From a virus (Duplodnaviria; Caudoviricetes): 64,000 nt of DNA. How positions within the stretch are numbered: position 1 is the first letter of the stretch; each line of letters opens with the position of its first letter. A program made the translations under genes and the position numbers. A model generated the notes under the pieces. The model did not search any database and was not told the DNA's origin. It worked only from the letters and a program-made list of their open reading frames with translations. Of this stretch, positions 38,417 to 48,279 are shown piece after piece. The stretch is from positions 18,406-82,405 of IMG/VR virus record IMGVR_UViG_2848581113_000005. One strand, written 5' to 3'.

Positions 38417-38417
38417 G

Positions 38418-39989
38418 TTAGTTCCAGTTGAAATTGAGTGTTTTTGTGAAGCGCAGAGGCTTATGCAAGACGCGATACCGTGTCGCATCCCAATCGTGAT
38501 CTTCCTGCTCGGTGTCAACATCATCAGAATTTTTAGTGTCACGAACTAAAACAGGAACGCGACTAATCCAACCCCGGCAATGGTCGAAGACATAGAACGC
38601 AGGTTTTTCTGGCATACCTGATTCTGATTGCTTACCTTCAATGACCGCCTCTAACATGTCAGCGAAGAGGGACGCACCATTGATACGAGAGCCGGGGTTT
38701 TTGTTTGCTTTCACCCATTCGACTTTTTGTGCCTCCATTTTTTGAGCTATGGAATCCTCATCGTCGTTCGGTGTATAAATTGAGTTATCAGCGGGTCCCT
38801 TTATCACCGTCTTACAAATGCCGGGCATAATATTAAGCTGGCCTTGTGTTTTGCCCTCTTTGACTATTTCATCGGGGATCGTTGTCTCTAACCCAACTAA
38901 GCGCTCATCAATCCACTTAATACCTTTCGCAACATTGGTTGATGACATGCTCAACCCTTTGTTTAACTCATCAGGTGGACAACCGTACCATTCTCCAATC
39001 AAAATTAATGATCCTGCTGGTGGACAAAATGTACGGCCATTAGACAAGGTTGCTTCTGTGCCGTCTGACTCAGCCCACCACAAATTAGAGAAAGGCTTTG
39101 ATTCTCCCCAGTCGTGAGAGCGATCAACCGTCCAGCTATCCGGAATTTTGAATGGCTTGATAACGTGGTAATTAGCATTCCACAGATGGTCAAAGCGTCC
39201 GCCACTGGTAACATCCCATGAACCCTCAACCCATGCCTTTCTTCGGTTTGGGTCTTTAATGCCCATCAACGTTGCGATGTACTGCGGGTCTAGGTAGGGG
39301 TTTTCTTTAAATGATCCGTGGATGGCTACGCGAGTTAGCGTGATATCTTCGTCTCGCTCAGTCTGTGGATTGAAGACCTTCTGAGTCTCACGAATAACCG
39401 TTCCACGCGGCGCAGGTTCGATAAACCGTTTCTTAACCCATGTGTGACCGATGCCAAACGGGTTTGTTGTGCTGAAAGTTTCCAATGGGATCGGTTTTAA
39501 CAAAGAGCCGTCTTCAAGTGGGTAATCCTCCGGCCTGAATGATGAGCGGCGACAAGAGAACATGGCTTCGTAAAAGTCGGCTGATTTCTGTTTGGTTAAT
39601 TCGTTAAAGCCGATAAAAGGGAATTCCTGCCCGTGATAATCCCAATAATCATCGGCTTCTTTGCCGAACCGAAATAACAACTCTTCACCTGTCGGCCATA
39701 CCCAACGTAATTCTGACGCCGAAGCCAGAAAGCGAGCACCATCTTTAAACAGGCGATACATACGCTTTGATTGGGTAATGATGTCAGCGAGGTTTTTATA
39801 TTCCGTATCGAATATCACCCCACGCCAGAATGAACCATAGCCAACACCGACATTGCGCCGGAAGCGTGCGAGCTGTGCCGCTGTTTTACCGGGTCCTCGT
39901 GTGCCTTCATACAGAATTTCGTTACACGGGCAACTTAATGATAACGACTGTGAGCCGGGCAGCGGTTTCCAAACCACATTGTAATTCAT
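38418..39989 (-). CDS. Terminase large subunit
   Basis: GTRGPGKT Walker A, IGFNELT Walker B, TTNP, DWGESKPFS, EDHDWDATRY. Confidence 0.93.
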   Translation of the reverse strand: MNYNVVWKPLPGSQSLSLSCPCNEILYEGTRGPGKTAAQLARFRRNVGVGYGSFWRGVIFDTEYKNLADIITQSKRMYRLFKDGARFLASASELRWVWPTGEELLFRFGKEADDYWDYHGQEFPFIGFNELTKQKSADFYEAMFSCRRSSFRPEDYPLEDGSLLKPIPLETFSTTNPFGIGHTWVKKRFIEPAPRGTVIRETQKVFNPQTERDEDITLTRVAIHGSFKENPYLDPQYIATLMGIKDPNRRKAWVEGSWDVTSGGRFDHLWNANYHVIKPFKIPDSWTVDRSHDWGESKPFSNLWWAESDGTEATLSNGRTFCPPAGSLILIGEWYGCPPDELNKGLSMSSTNVAKGIKWIDERLVGLETTIPDEIVKEGKTQGQLNIMPGICKTVIKGPADNSIYTPNDDEDSIAQKMEAQKVEWVKANKNPGSRINGASLFADMLEAVIEGKQSESGMPEKPAFYVFDHCRGWISRVPVLVRDTKNSDDVDTEQEDHDWDATRYRVLHKPLRFTKTLNFNWN

Positions 39990-40480
39990 TCACCTAATAC
40001 CCCGCCCTGTTGCTGTTGTGCGACTTTTTCCCAATCATCCACGCTGTCACATGCAGGAACGGGCATAATGTTGTGCGTCGCCTCAACTTTCTGCTCTACC
40101 TTGTGTCTGTTGGTATAAACATCCCCACACTCTTTTGCGGCTTGCTCAGCTAATTGTGCAGTTAGCGCAAAATTACGCATGCCCTCAGCTTTAACCGCCA
40201 TTCGGTCTAGCATTCTCAAACGGTAGGCTTTATTCGCTATGGGGATGTCTGTTATTTCGGTTTGGAATCGTTCACGGGTTTCATTAAAAAGCTCTACCCA
40301 CTTTTTCGCTAATTTACGCCCACTTGACTTTGTTGGGTCATGAGATTCGACTTGCTGGCGGCTCACTTTTAACCCAAATTCATTTTTGACGGACTCAACC
40401 ACTTGGGAGGGGGTATCATAGCAGGCAAGGGATTGAATAATATAAATTTTAACCTCTGACTTTAACGCTGCCATAATCAA
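39986..40480 (-). CDS. Terminase small subunit (DUF2280)
   Basis: IIQSLACYDTPSQV, HDPTK, IPIANKAYRL. Confidence 0.85.
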   Translation of the reverse strand: MIMAALKSEVKIYIIQSLACYDTPSQVVESVKNEFGLKVSRQQVESHDPTKSSGRKLAKKWVELFNETRERFQTEITDIPIANKAYRLRMLDRMAVKAEGMRNFALTAQLAEQAAKECGDVYTNRHKVEQKVEATHNIMPVPACDSVDDWEKVAQQQQGGVLGE

Positions 40481-40504
40481 TACCTGTCAAAACTAGTCAA
40501 AAAT

Positions 40505-41167
40505 TTAAGCCAGTTTCATTAAACAGGTTCCGCACGCTCTGGATATATTCAACCTAGCCACTTCTGGCTTTTCGCTTGCGGCATCAATGATTGCTTGAAC
40601 CTCTTCACTAGCGCCATATCGACGAACAACGCCGACAAACTCTTCTACATCATGCCCTCTTAATTTCAGCTTGGGCATACCTTCCTGTGTGAACTTGGGT
40701 GCGCCAAATTCATCCATATCTTGTGCTATATGGTAAAGCTCATGATCGACCAATGCGCAAAACTCAGCATCAGAACATTGAGCGCAGTAATCAGCCGCTA
40801 ATGTGATAACAAACTTAGGTATGCGACCAAACCATTCATACATTTGTTGTTCCATTCTGGCTTTCTGCCAACCACCAGCACGCATCATGACCTCTTCACA
40901 TTGACCTAGTACATACCGACCTTTCTTATTGAATGAGTTTGAGGCCCACATAAAACAAATATCAGCATCAATTAAGTGCATATGATCAGGATTATGAATA
41001 TCGCCATCATCGTCGAGTAGATGCTGCTGTACCCACTCATTAACCTCTGGGGCGGGGGCTATTTTTATGTGCGGAGAAAATGCTTCGATAAACTCATGTG
41101 GTGGATATGGCCTAGCTAATGCTTCATCACTCATAACTTCCTCAATCAGAACATTTAACTGGCTCAA
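40505..41167 (-). CDS. Putative phage metallopeptidase
   Basis: LVDHELYH (HExxH) and HDVEEF. Confidence 0.8.
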   Translation of the reverse strand: MSQLNVLIEEVMSDEALARPYPPHEFIEAFSPHIKIAPAPEVNEWVQQHLLDDDGDIHNPDHMHLIDADICFMWASNSFNKKGRYVLGQCEEVMMRAGGWQKARMEQQMYEWFGRIPKFVITLAADYCAQCSDAEFCALVDHELYHIAQDMDEFGAPKFTQEGMPKLKLRGHDVEEFVGVVRRYGASEEVQAIIDAASEKPEVARLNISRACGTCLMKLA

Positions 41168-41499
41168 TTTATATTTTGATAAACACTTCCGCTGAAACTA
41201 CCAGAATCAAGATCAGAGATAGATTCAATTACAGCATTGACAGCATCCGAAAAAGGAACGGAGAAAAATTCATTGTGTAACCAATAACTCTCCAGTTTTT
41301 TATGTGCCATTTTTTCAATAAGCCTGTAATCAAATCGCCTCTCTGTTACAAAGCTTTCGATAACGGAAAATCCAAATTTTCTTTTTAATTCAGCAAATCT
41401 TCCCAAGCATTTTCCACGAGCAGACATGCCGACTTTTACCTTAACGCCATCAGTGGCAACGTAAATTCGACCACCTCTATCGGCCTTCTTCTTTCTCAT
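41164..41499 (-). CDS. GIY-YIG / T5orf172-like protein
   Basis: GRIYVA...VKVGMS...IEKMAHKKL...NEFF. Confidence 0.7.
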   Translation of the reverse strand: MRKKKADRGGRIYVATDGVKVKVGMSARGKCLGRFAELKRKFGFSVIESFVTERRFDYRLIEKMAHKKLESYWLHNEFFSVPFSDAVNAVIESISDLDSGSFSGSVYQNIN

Positions 41500-41742
41500 A
41501 ATGCTTTCCTTTAGGTGGTAAGCCTAAGTTCACGCGGATATAGCAGTCCACAGAGTTAAAGCAATGCTGCTTACCCTATAGACTCATCTCGTGAGGCTCT
41601 GTGTTTGAATAGCCCGTGACGGGCAGATTGAGAAATAACTAATTGGATTAAATAAAGACCTAAACGAGACCACTACCACCAAAAACCTACACAAAACTCT
41701 ATCAAGCAGCCTCAAGGAAGCCGCTTTGTAGCATTTTGTAAA

Positions 41743-42285
41743 TCAGCGATTGCTTATTGATATCCAGTCCATTTGGCCTCTTTCTTCTATCTGAGCAATC
41801 TGATTCAATAACTGCGGCTTCTTCTCTCTTCCCCAGCGACGAAGTAGACGACCTGACATACTGGCCACATCTTTTTCTTTCATGTATTCCAGCATGACAG
41901 CATTGCGCTCTTGTTCCATTGAGTGGATATTCTTCTTAATAACACCAGCCATCCAGTTAAAGGCTGCAATGAAAGCCTCTTTGAATCTAATAGCCTCCGC
42001 GCCAGTAAATCCCATGACTAACATCATCCACCCATCTTTAGTCATCCGATAGAATGGTTGTGGTTTGCCGTTCTGTAACTCGTTGTTTTCATGGCAAAGC
42101 GTAAAATTGCGCTCTGCAAATTCAGATGAACAAGACTTGATAACAGAACGCGTTTTTCGCAAAACATCCTTATGCTCTCGCTTAAAAACTTTCGCCACTT
42201 TAAATGTATCCGTCTCTGTTTCCTGTCCAGACATAAAAACCAAATCACGAAAATCAATTCCGTTTACTATTGTTGGGTAATTCAC
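41743..42285 (-). CDS. Rha-family regulatory protein
   Basis: VAKVFKREHKDVLRK, YRMTKDGWMMLVMGFTGAEAIRFKEAFIAAFN. Confidence 0.9.
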   Translation of the reverse strand: MNYPTIVNGIDFRDLVFMSGQETETDTFKVAKVFKREHKDVLRKTRSVIKSCSSEFAERNFTLCHENNELQNGKPQPFYRMTKDGWMMLVMGFTGAEAIRFKEAFIAAFNWMAGVIKKNIHSMEQERNAVMLEYMKEKDVASMSGRLLRRWGREKKPQLLNQIAQIEERGQMDWISISNR

Positions 42286-42715
42286 GATGCTTATCCTTAA
42301 CTTAGGTAATGAACCTTTGCCGCATAGGAGATCAGCCCATCGAGTAGCATCAGTTTTAGCTGATTTCTCAAAGGCTCATTCCTAAATAAAGGCTCGATGT
42401 TTAGATTAGCGCTGCGGTGCGCGATGAAATGCAGATATAAAAATGCCACCAGCCCGTGTGCGTTGGGTACGCGATAGGTACGGGGTGATGACATGGGTTA
42501 TTGCTTTAACCACTCAAGGGAATGGGTAAAGGAATAATTACCTATTTTTAATTAAAGTGTCACCAATCACTCTTATTCGTCTTTGAGCGTTGGCTTCTTA
42601 TGTATCATTATTTTTCCCTAAAAAAATTTCTGTATTTTGTGAATTAGGAAATTCCAAATTTGTTCCCATTACATACAATTTAATCTCTTTTTCTTTTATA
42701 TTTAAGGAGATAAAT

Positions 42716-42895
42716 ATGAGCTATACTTTCCAAAAAGGTGATGTGGTTATTCTCAAAAGTGGTGGACCCGAAATGACAATAGATTCACGCGACACGTACT
42801 CACAAGACGTTGAAAAATATAAATGTTTCTGGTTCGTTGAAGGCAACTTACAGAAAGACTCATTTGACGTGGCTACTTTAGAAAAAGCAGAATAA
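42716..42895 (+). CDS. YodC/DUF2158 small protein (moron)
   Basis: FQKGDVVILKSGGPEMTI...CFWF...SF; AAGGAG RBS. Confidence 0.85.
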   Translation: MSYTFQKGDVVILKSGGPEMTIDSRDTYSQDVEKYKCFWFVEGNLQKDSFDVATLEKAE

Positions 42896-42948
42896 TTATA
42901 TAGGCGCTTACCCTAAGTAAGCACCAAATTGCTTCAACCACCCCAGAA

Positions 42949-43149
42949 TCATTTGCTCTGGGGTGATGTATTCTCTACTCTCTGATTCCATGATTGAATA
43001 GCAGAATCATGATCACAGTCTTCTGGCCCATTAGCATTACAGTCAATACATTGCACAAAAAACCATGGGCCATCTGAATGCACGTTCATTTCTGTGCGCT
43101 CACTATTACAAAATGGACACGGTTTAATTTCATCTATTTCAGCCATCAT
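42949..43149 (-). CDS. Lar-family (restriction alleviation-like) zinc-finger protein
   Basis: KPCPFC...VQCIDCNANGP...AIQSWNQRV. Confidence 0.75.
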   Translation of the reverse strand: MMAEIDEIKPCPFCNSERTEMNVHSDGPWFFVQCIDCNANGPEDCDHDSAIQSWNQRVENTSPQSK

Positions 43150-43612
43150 TACCTCTACATTCAGTCTTCACATAATCCCTCAGTCCAAGGTACTGGGCTT
43201 CGAGGGTTTCCAGTTCTCCGAGGAGACGTACATAATCCTGTTCAGCGTCTTTCTCCAGTCGGGCGGATCCTGAACCATCCATGCCGGGGGAGGAAGCGGT
43301 TTCAGACACTGGACATTCTGCCCTGACATACACGCGCTTAACGTGAGTGCGCAAATCATCGCTAAGCTGAGTGATTTTAGATTTGGCATTCGTTAGTTCC
43401 TGTAAGCGGGTGGTGTCTATTTCTGCAAGGTGTTTGATGCGTTCTTCCTTGCTGGTGATGAGGGCGTTTTTTTGTGATAACTGGGTGTTCAGTGATTGAT
43501 TATCTTTAGTGAGCTGTCCATTCTCTGCATACACCGAGTAGATGAAATGGACCGCTGAACCCATCAGAGCCACAAAAACCATCACCGCGATAGCCTTAAC
43601 TTTCCACTTCAT
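43139..43612 (-). CDS. Rz-like i-spanin
   Basis: TM segment plus coiled coil; homologous to 2436-2888. Confidence 0.9.
   Translation of the reverse strand: MKWKVKAIAVMVFVALMGSAVHFIYSVYAENGQLTKDNQSLNTQLSQKNALITSKEERIKHLAEIDTTRLQELTNAKSKITQLSDDLRTHVKRVYVRAECPVSETASSPGMDGSGSARLEKDAEQDYVRLLGELETLEAQYLGLRDYVKTECRGNDG
43180..43389 (-). CDS. Rz1-like o-spanin
   Basis: Lipobox TLSAC, Pro-rich, nested in Rz. Confidence 0.8.
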   Translation of the reverse strand: MPNLKSLSLAMICALTLSACMSGQNVQCLKPLPPPAWMVQDPPDWRKTLNRIMYVSSENWKPSKPSTLD

Positions 43613-43739
43613 CGCCGTAACACCAATTTAATAAAAGACAGCAGCCCGCCAATGATCAAGAAAAACTCCCACCCCTTCACACCTAACAGAGACAGAATGA
43701 AAGCAAACAGGAACAGCAGCCCAGACAGATAATGATCTT

Positions 43740-44141
43740 TCATAGGAGTTCATATGCCTTTGTAAACACATCATCAGAATAGGGTTGCTGGCCGTTCTCA
43801 TGCTGGATAATGGACTTAGCCAATGCAATCAGGGTTTGCTTGTTAACTTCAATCTTATCGAACGGGTCAACATTGAGCGCCCTGGCAACCCCGTTAATGT
43901 AAGCCGTGGTGTTATTTTCATTGCTGGGCGCATATCGATTGATGATTTTAGAGATACTGTTATGCCCGCCTTTATGGTAATTCAGAAGCAACTTCATCAA
44001 TGCCCGGATACCATATTCAGCAGATTCAAACCGACAGAACCGCTTTTCGATATTCCAGTCATGAGGCAATTGACCCTGCCACTTATTAGCAGGATTGTGA
44101 TCAATGTTGCCGGGATTGTTATTGCGTATGCCTCTGGTCAT
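43740..44141 (-). CDS. Putative endolysin (RGIRNNNPGNI lysozyme-like family)
   Basis: Between holin and Rz; motifs RNNNPGNI, RYAPSNENNT, IIQHENG. Confidence 0.75.
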   Translation of the reverse strand: MTRGIRNNNPGNIDHNPANKWQGQLPHDWNIEKRFCRFESAEYGIRALMKLLLNYHKGGHNSISKIINRYAPSNENNTTAYINGVARALNVDPFDKIEVNKQTLIALAKSIIQHENGQQPYSDDVFTKAYELL

Positions 44142-44461
44142 TGCTTATCTCCCAAACGCTTATTGATAGCCCGAACAGCAAAGCCGCGGATTTTCTCAAC
44201 ACCAATAAAACCGATGGCGCCACCAATAGCCGGTGCGAAACTGCCCGGAATGCCAAACATCTCCAAGCCACTGGATACACACCATGACAGAGCGCCGCAC
44301 AGTAAGGCTTCGACCCAGCGGTTTTTGCGTTCCACGCCGTCATAAATCAGACGACCGTAACAAATCAGGATGGCCAGGATAGAGCCGGATATCTGCGGCC
44401 ATGAATGCTTTAGGCCGTTTAACAAATCGGCCCACAAATCAGGATTTTCTTTCATTTTCAT
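44138..44461 (-). CDS. Lambda-family holin with MKM dual start
   Basis: Three TM segments, GGAIGFIGVEKIR; leader shared with the prophage A holin. Confidence 0.88.
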   Translation of the reverse strand: MKMKENPDLWADLLNGLKHSWPQISGSILAILICYGRLIYDGVERKNRWVEALLCGALSWCVSSGLEMFGIPGSFAPAIGGAIGFIGVEKIRGFAVRAINKRLGDKQ

Positions 44462-44712
44462 ATTCCACCCCATCAGATAATGGGCGTCCGTGGGGTGAGA
44501 GAGTCGCCCCTGTGAGTTGAGTTAATAGGTTGCCAGCCGCAATGCATGTATACGGATGTGATGAGAGTGATTGCGGTGGCAAATACAGAAAAGGCCACGC
44601 CAGAGCGCAGCCTTGATATTTTGAACTAGCCGGAATTACCGGAGGGTTGGGTGTTATCCGTGATCAAATAACCACTATCCGTTATCAAATAGCGTTATCC
44701 GTGATCAAAGGG

Positions 44713-45027
44713 TTATTTCCCGTTCGGCTTCTCTCTTGTCGCCCAATAGCGATCGTGTTCTTCCGGCGTGGCTTTCTGGTCTTCAAATAAGTCCGCAATT
44801 TTAAAACCATCAGGAAGCAACGCCCATGCAACATAAAAGTATCGAGGTTTAAATTCTTCTCCTATCCATGGATAAATACCGACACATTCTCCGTCGTCAA
44901 ATCGGACATAGCCAATATGCCAACCGTCACAAGGGTTATAAACCAGTACTTCTTGATCATCCATATCAAATGTAGGCAGTTCAGAGGCAGGACGAAAAAC
45001 CAAGGATTCTGTTACGGGTGTAGACAT
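44713..45027 (-). CDS. Hypothetical phage protein
   Basis: 104-aa ORF after Q; YNPCDGWH and AWALLP motifs. Confidence 0.65.
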   Translation of the reverse strand: MSTPVTESLVFRPASELPTFDMDDQEVLVYNPCDGWHIGYVRFDDGECVGIYPWIGEEFKPRYFYVAWALLPDGFKIADLFEDQKATPEEHDRYWATREKPNGK

Positions 45028-45145
45028 TTGTTCCCCCAGAAAGCAAAAATCCCCGCGAATGCGAGGCCTGACAGTTCGATAAGCTATGTGACATTGCTAT
45101 CACTCTTATCACGATAGCAGTATTTTTACGATCGTAAAGTTATTT

Positions 45146-45565
45146 TCAGAAATTGCTGCATAATTGGTGTAAGTTAGTATCATCTGACTCCATCTGAACG
45201 TATTTATCCATTTCCAATGGCACATCCAGCATCATTAACATGCCATCAATGACCCCCTCAGCTTTTTGTAATCGCTTCCCAATGTAGGTATCAGAACAAT
45301 GATAATCATTTGCCAGCTGCATAAAGGTTTTGCCGAAAACGTAATAGTCGAACAGCAAATCATGCGCCTCACTGTTTTTCTTGTTCAGCCTCGCCATGCA
45401 ACCGGAGATAATTAATGCATCATCGTCACAACATTGCGACCTAGATTTGACCTTATTAGGGATCAACCCTTTAAATCCCGCCGCAATAGACGACCAAGAA
45501 ACCTCTTCCCGATTATCAGCTGCCCACGCTCCCCAGCGCTCCATTACCCATTGAATATTACGCAT
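45146..45565 (-). CDS. Late antitermination protein Q
   Basis: [14 protein letters not shown]...IAAGFKGL...CCDDDAL...AEGVIDGML. Confidence 0.9.
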   Translation of the reverse strand: MRNIQWVMERWGAWAADNREEVSWSSIAAGFKGLIPNKVKSRSQCCDDDALIISGCMARLNKKNSEAHDLLFDYYVFGKTFMQLANDYHCSDTYIGKRLQKAEGVIDGMLMMLDVPLEMDKYVQMESDDTNLHQLCSNF

Positions 45566-45860
45566 TGGCTTCTCCTGCATTTATCTTTTGCGAGCTTTTG
45601 CGCAGGCAATCTTGTTTAATAATCACATTCCCAGTGGTATCACCTGATTCTTTGGCGAGAGCGGTGATGCCCCTTTGATTCCCCTTGAGTTTTGATTTTG
45701 TCATCAGAACTCCATTGCAGATAACGTGATACTGGCACTTAAAATCACGGGCGAATTTGCCAACTGTTATCCTGTTTATACCCAGCTCTCGGGCTAGTTG
45801 GGTCTGGTTGCCTCGATGCTTTATCAGTAAGTCGGGGATTGATGTTGTTTCTACTGTCAT
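45558..45860 (-). CDS. ninH: NinH-like protein
   Basis: [28 protein letters not shown]...HVICNGVLM. Confidence 0.8.
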   Translation of the reverse strand: MTVETTSIPDLLIKHRGNQTQLARELGINRITVGKFARDFKCQYHVICNGVLMTKSKLKGNQRGITALAKESGDTTGNVIIKQDCLRKSSQKINAGEANA

Positions 45861-46402
45861 GCCGCCTCCCGCCTCAGTTCCCTGAGTCTCTCTTTGTAGT
45901 GATCACGGATCTGCTCGTAATCTTCCCGTTTCCATTTCGGTAGTGCATGGTGAGACATCAGCCGGTCAAAACGTGCCTGACCAATTTTCTCAATCAGCCT
46001 GGGCATGTAATTATCGATATTCCCCGACAGGTAGTTATTGCAGGCTGAACACTGCTTATGGCAATTGTCCTCATCAAACCGGAGTTCTGGATAAGCACCC
46101 TGTGTTCGGTAATGTCCTGCGTGCCATTGCCCCTCATGGAAGCGCCCACAACTGATACACGGGTCGTATTTATCCCGTTCACGAATGAAGGCGTTAAAGG
46201 CTGTCTGGGCTTGTCTGGCGAAATGTGAGAGGGGTTTTACGGCTAACTTGCGGGCTTTGAGTTTGTCGCGGGCTTCTGTTTCTTTTCGTCGTCGTAGTGC
46301 TAATTCTGCGCCGTGTTCTGGGCTACACCACTCGGTATTGTCATATTGGGGATAAAACCATTCATGACAGATTTTACACTTTCTCCGCCTTAGTTTTTTC
46401 AT
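45857..46402 (-). CDS. ninG: NinG/Rap recombination endonuclease
   Basis: WCSPEHG, FIRERD..PCISCG, AGHYR, LRFDEDNCHKQC..CN. Confidence 0.9.
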   Translation of the reverse strand: MKKLRRRKCKICHEWFYPQYDNTEWCSPEHGAELALRRRKETEARDKLKARKLAVKPLSHFARQAQTAFNAFIRERDKYDPCISCGRFHEGQWHAGHYRTQGAYPELRFDEDNCHKQCSACNNYLSGNIDNYMPRLIEKIGQARFDRLMSHHALPKWKREDYEQIRDHYKERLRELRREAA

Positions 46403-46874
46403 TCCTTATTTTCCCGTATGTTTCAAACCAGAACACAACTGGAGATAAATCAAACGATAGTTTCCCGAATCGCTGAGCTGCTCTCAGTGACTGAGTTCTA
46501 TGAATTGAGTTCTGTAATTGTCTAGTGATTATTTGTCTAAATGACTCGATATCTGCACAATTTTTATAAATATTGCAGCTACGGCATGAGGGCATAATAT
46601 TTTCAATAGTGTCATTCTCTGGATAATGACAGTGACCATCTCCGTATCTCATAACTGGCTCCGCGTGGTCAGCATGCCAGCCTTTTTCGGGTAGATCGCA
46701 ACCACAGTATGAGCACCGCCCTCCAAACTTCTCTCTGATGATTGCTCGTTGCTTTTGGGTTAGTTTTAGTTTGATTTTATTAGGTTTATCAACCTGTGAA
46801 TCACTAGATCTCAGTAACTTATGAGAGTGTTCTAACCATTGTCCCATTCCTTTACGCACAGTTATCTTTGCCAC
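46374..46874 (-). CDS. HNH endonuclease
   Basis: GGRCSYCG, WHADH, NIMPSCRSCNIYK. Confidence 0.85.
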   Translation of the reverse strand: MAKITVRKGMGQWLEHSHKLLRSSDSQVDKPNKIKLKLTQKQRAIIREKFGGRCSYCGCDLPEKGWHADHAEPVMRYGDGHCHYPENDTIENIMPSCRSCNIYKNCADIESFRQIITRQLQNSIHRTQSLRAAQRFGKLSFDLSPVVFWFETYGKIRNEKTKAEKV

Positions 46875-46966
46875 TTATCCCCCTAATATCAGTCCCATAA
46901 TTAACGTGAATGCTATCCAAAAGCCAATGAAGATGAGGTATCTCACAGTTCCTGCTCCTTCTTGAG

Positions 46967-47410
46967 TTATATTCTATGGCCGTAATAATTCATCGCGTAA
47001 CGGCTCTCAGTGAGTTTTACACCCTGATATACAGCCCATGCCTGTGAATATTCAATTAAGCTACCCATACGCTTGATACTCATTTTGGCGGTACTCTCTC
47101 TTGCCAGTGGCACCAGTTCACCTTCCAAGCCCTCGATTACCTGCCCCTCTTTTCCGGTCGCTTTGGCATGACCGGAGACAAAAATACATTTCCAGTCCTG
47201 CAATCCCCATTTGTTCCCAGCCCAAACAATGCCCTGCTTAGAGACGTCACCACATAACGCATGGAACTTATCGTTCTGCGGTAGTGTTCGACTTGAGTCT
47301 GCAATGGTGATTTGGATGGGAAATTCGTCGTTGAGAGGGAGTGTGTCGAGTGTGGCTTTCAGGTTATCAAGTATTCGCGCATTTCGTAGCAGAAAGATCT
47401 GCTTATCCAT
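46967..47410 (-). CDS. ninB: NinB/Orf recombination mediator
   Basis: RTLPQNDKFHALCGDVSKQ, DWKCIF, GLEGE, STAKMS. Confidence 0.88.
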   Translation of the reverse strand: MDKQIFLLRNARILDNLKATLDTLPLNDEFPIQITIADSSRTLPQNDKFHALCGDVSKQGIVWAGNKWGLQDWKCIFVSGHAKATGKEGQVIEGLEGELVPLARESTAKMSIKRMGSLIEYSQAWAVYQGVKLTESRYAMNYYGHRI

Positions 47411-47420
47411 CTAATCTCCG

Positions 47421-47657
47421 CTATAGACTTTCATAAGTTGCGTTTTCTGCACACCAGTTCCTCATTTCTGCACTATTAATTTGCGGATTGTATGCACATG
47501 GCGGCTCAGATTTAGATTTATACCCAGCCCAGTAATACCAGCCGCTACGATGCTCTGCCGTTCCACATTTAGTGCAGATGTGAACCTTGCATGATTCTGA
47601 CCATGAGTAATTGTGGTTCGCAACATTGTTTGCCCGATCAATCGCTGTTCTTGCCAT
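47421..47657 (-). CDS. Small Cys-rich hypothetical protein
   Basis: In-line ORF in the nin region. Confidence 0.55.
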   Translation of the reverse strand: MARTAIDRANNVANHNYSWSESCKVHICTKCGTAEHRSGWYYWAGYKSKSEPPCAYNPQINSAEMRNWCAENATYESL

Positions 47658-47659
47658 TG

Positions 47660-48079
47660 TTATTTACCCTCTGGTTCCAATAGTTCATCGGGAATATCAA
47701 TCTCGTTACCTAATTGGGAAGCAACTACAGCACGGCAGATGGCGATTTGTGGGGTTTTTCCTTCTTGTGTTTGGAAGATAGAAAAATCATCTTCTAATCT
47801 CACTATCCTTGAATTAGCTATCCAGTAAGGGCCTCTAAATGCCACGTAAGCTAAGTCATCAAGGTACTTATCAATCAACTGACCACACAGCGCCCAATCG
47901 GTTGAGGGGGAGTATGGATAATATTCTGGCATCAAATTGCCATTAAAATCCCTACATATTAAATTTGGAATTCCTACAATGCATTTCCCGCTCTCGCTAA
48001 TTACTGTTGGACTATGTTCAATCATTGCCACCGCATAATCCAACGCCCGGCCTGTCAGTTCACTCGTTTTTAGTTTCAT
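47660..48079 (-). CDS. NinX/DUF2591-like protein
   Basis: ELTGRALDYAVA, YSPSTDW..CGQLI, TPQIAICRAVV. Confidence 0.75.
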   Translation of the reverse strand: MKLKTSELTGRALDYAVAMIEHSPTVISESGKCIVGIPNLICRDFNGNLMPEYYPYSPSTDWALCGQLIDKYLDDLAYVAFRGPYWIANSRIVRLEDDFSIFQTQEGKTPQIAICRAVVASQLGNEIDIPDELLEPEGK

Positions 48080-48258
48080 TTCAAATTCTCCTCTGGCGGC
48101 AGGTACTTATGAGCCTTTCTTAACTTTACAATCAGCTCTATATTCTCTTCGGTTAGTTTTTCAATGTACTTGCATAATTCAATAACATTCTGCTTCGATA
48201 CACTGCCAGGAGATACCGATCCACTGATAATATCTTTGGCTAAAATTGGTGCGTGCAT
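48076..48258 (-). CDS. Hypothetical protein
   Basis: Coupled ORF after the DnaC-like gene. Confidence 0.5.
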   Translation of the reverse strand: MHAPILAKDIISGSVSPGSVSKQNVIELCKYIEKLTEENIELIVKLRKAHKYLPPEENLK

Positions 48259-48279
48259 CTCAAAAGTCCTTAGTGTGGG

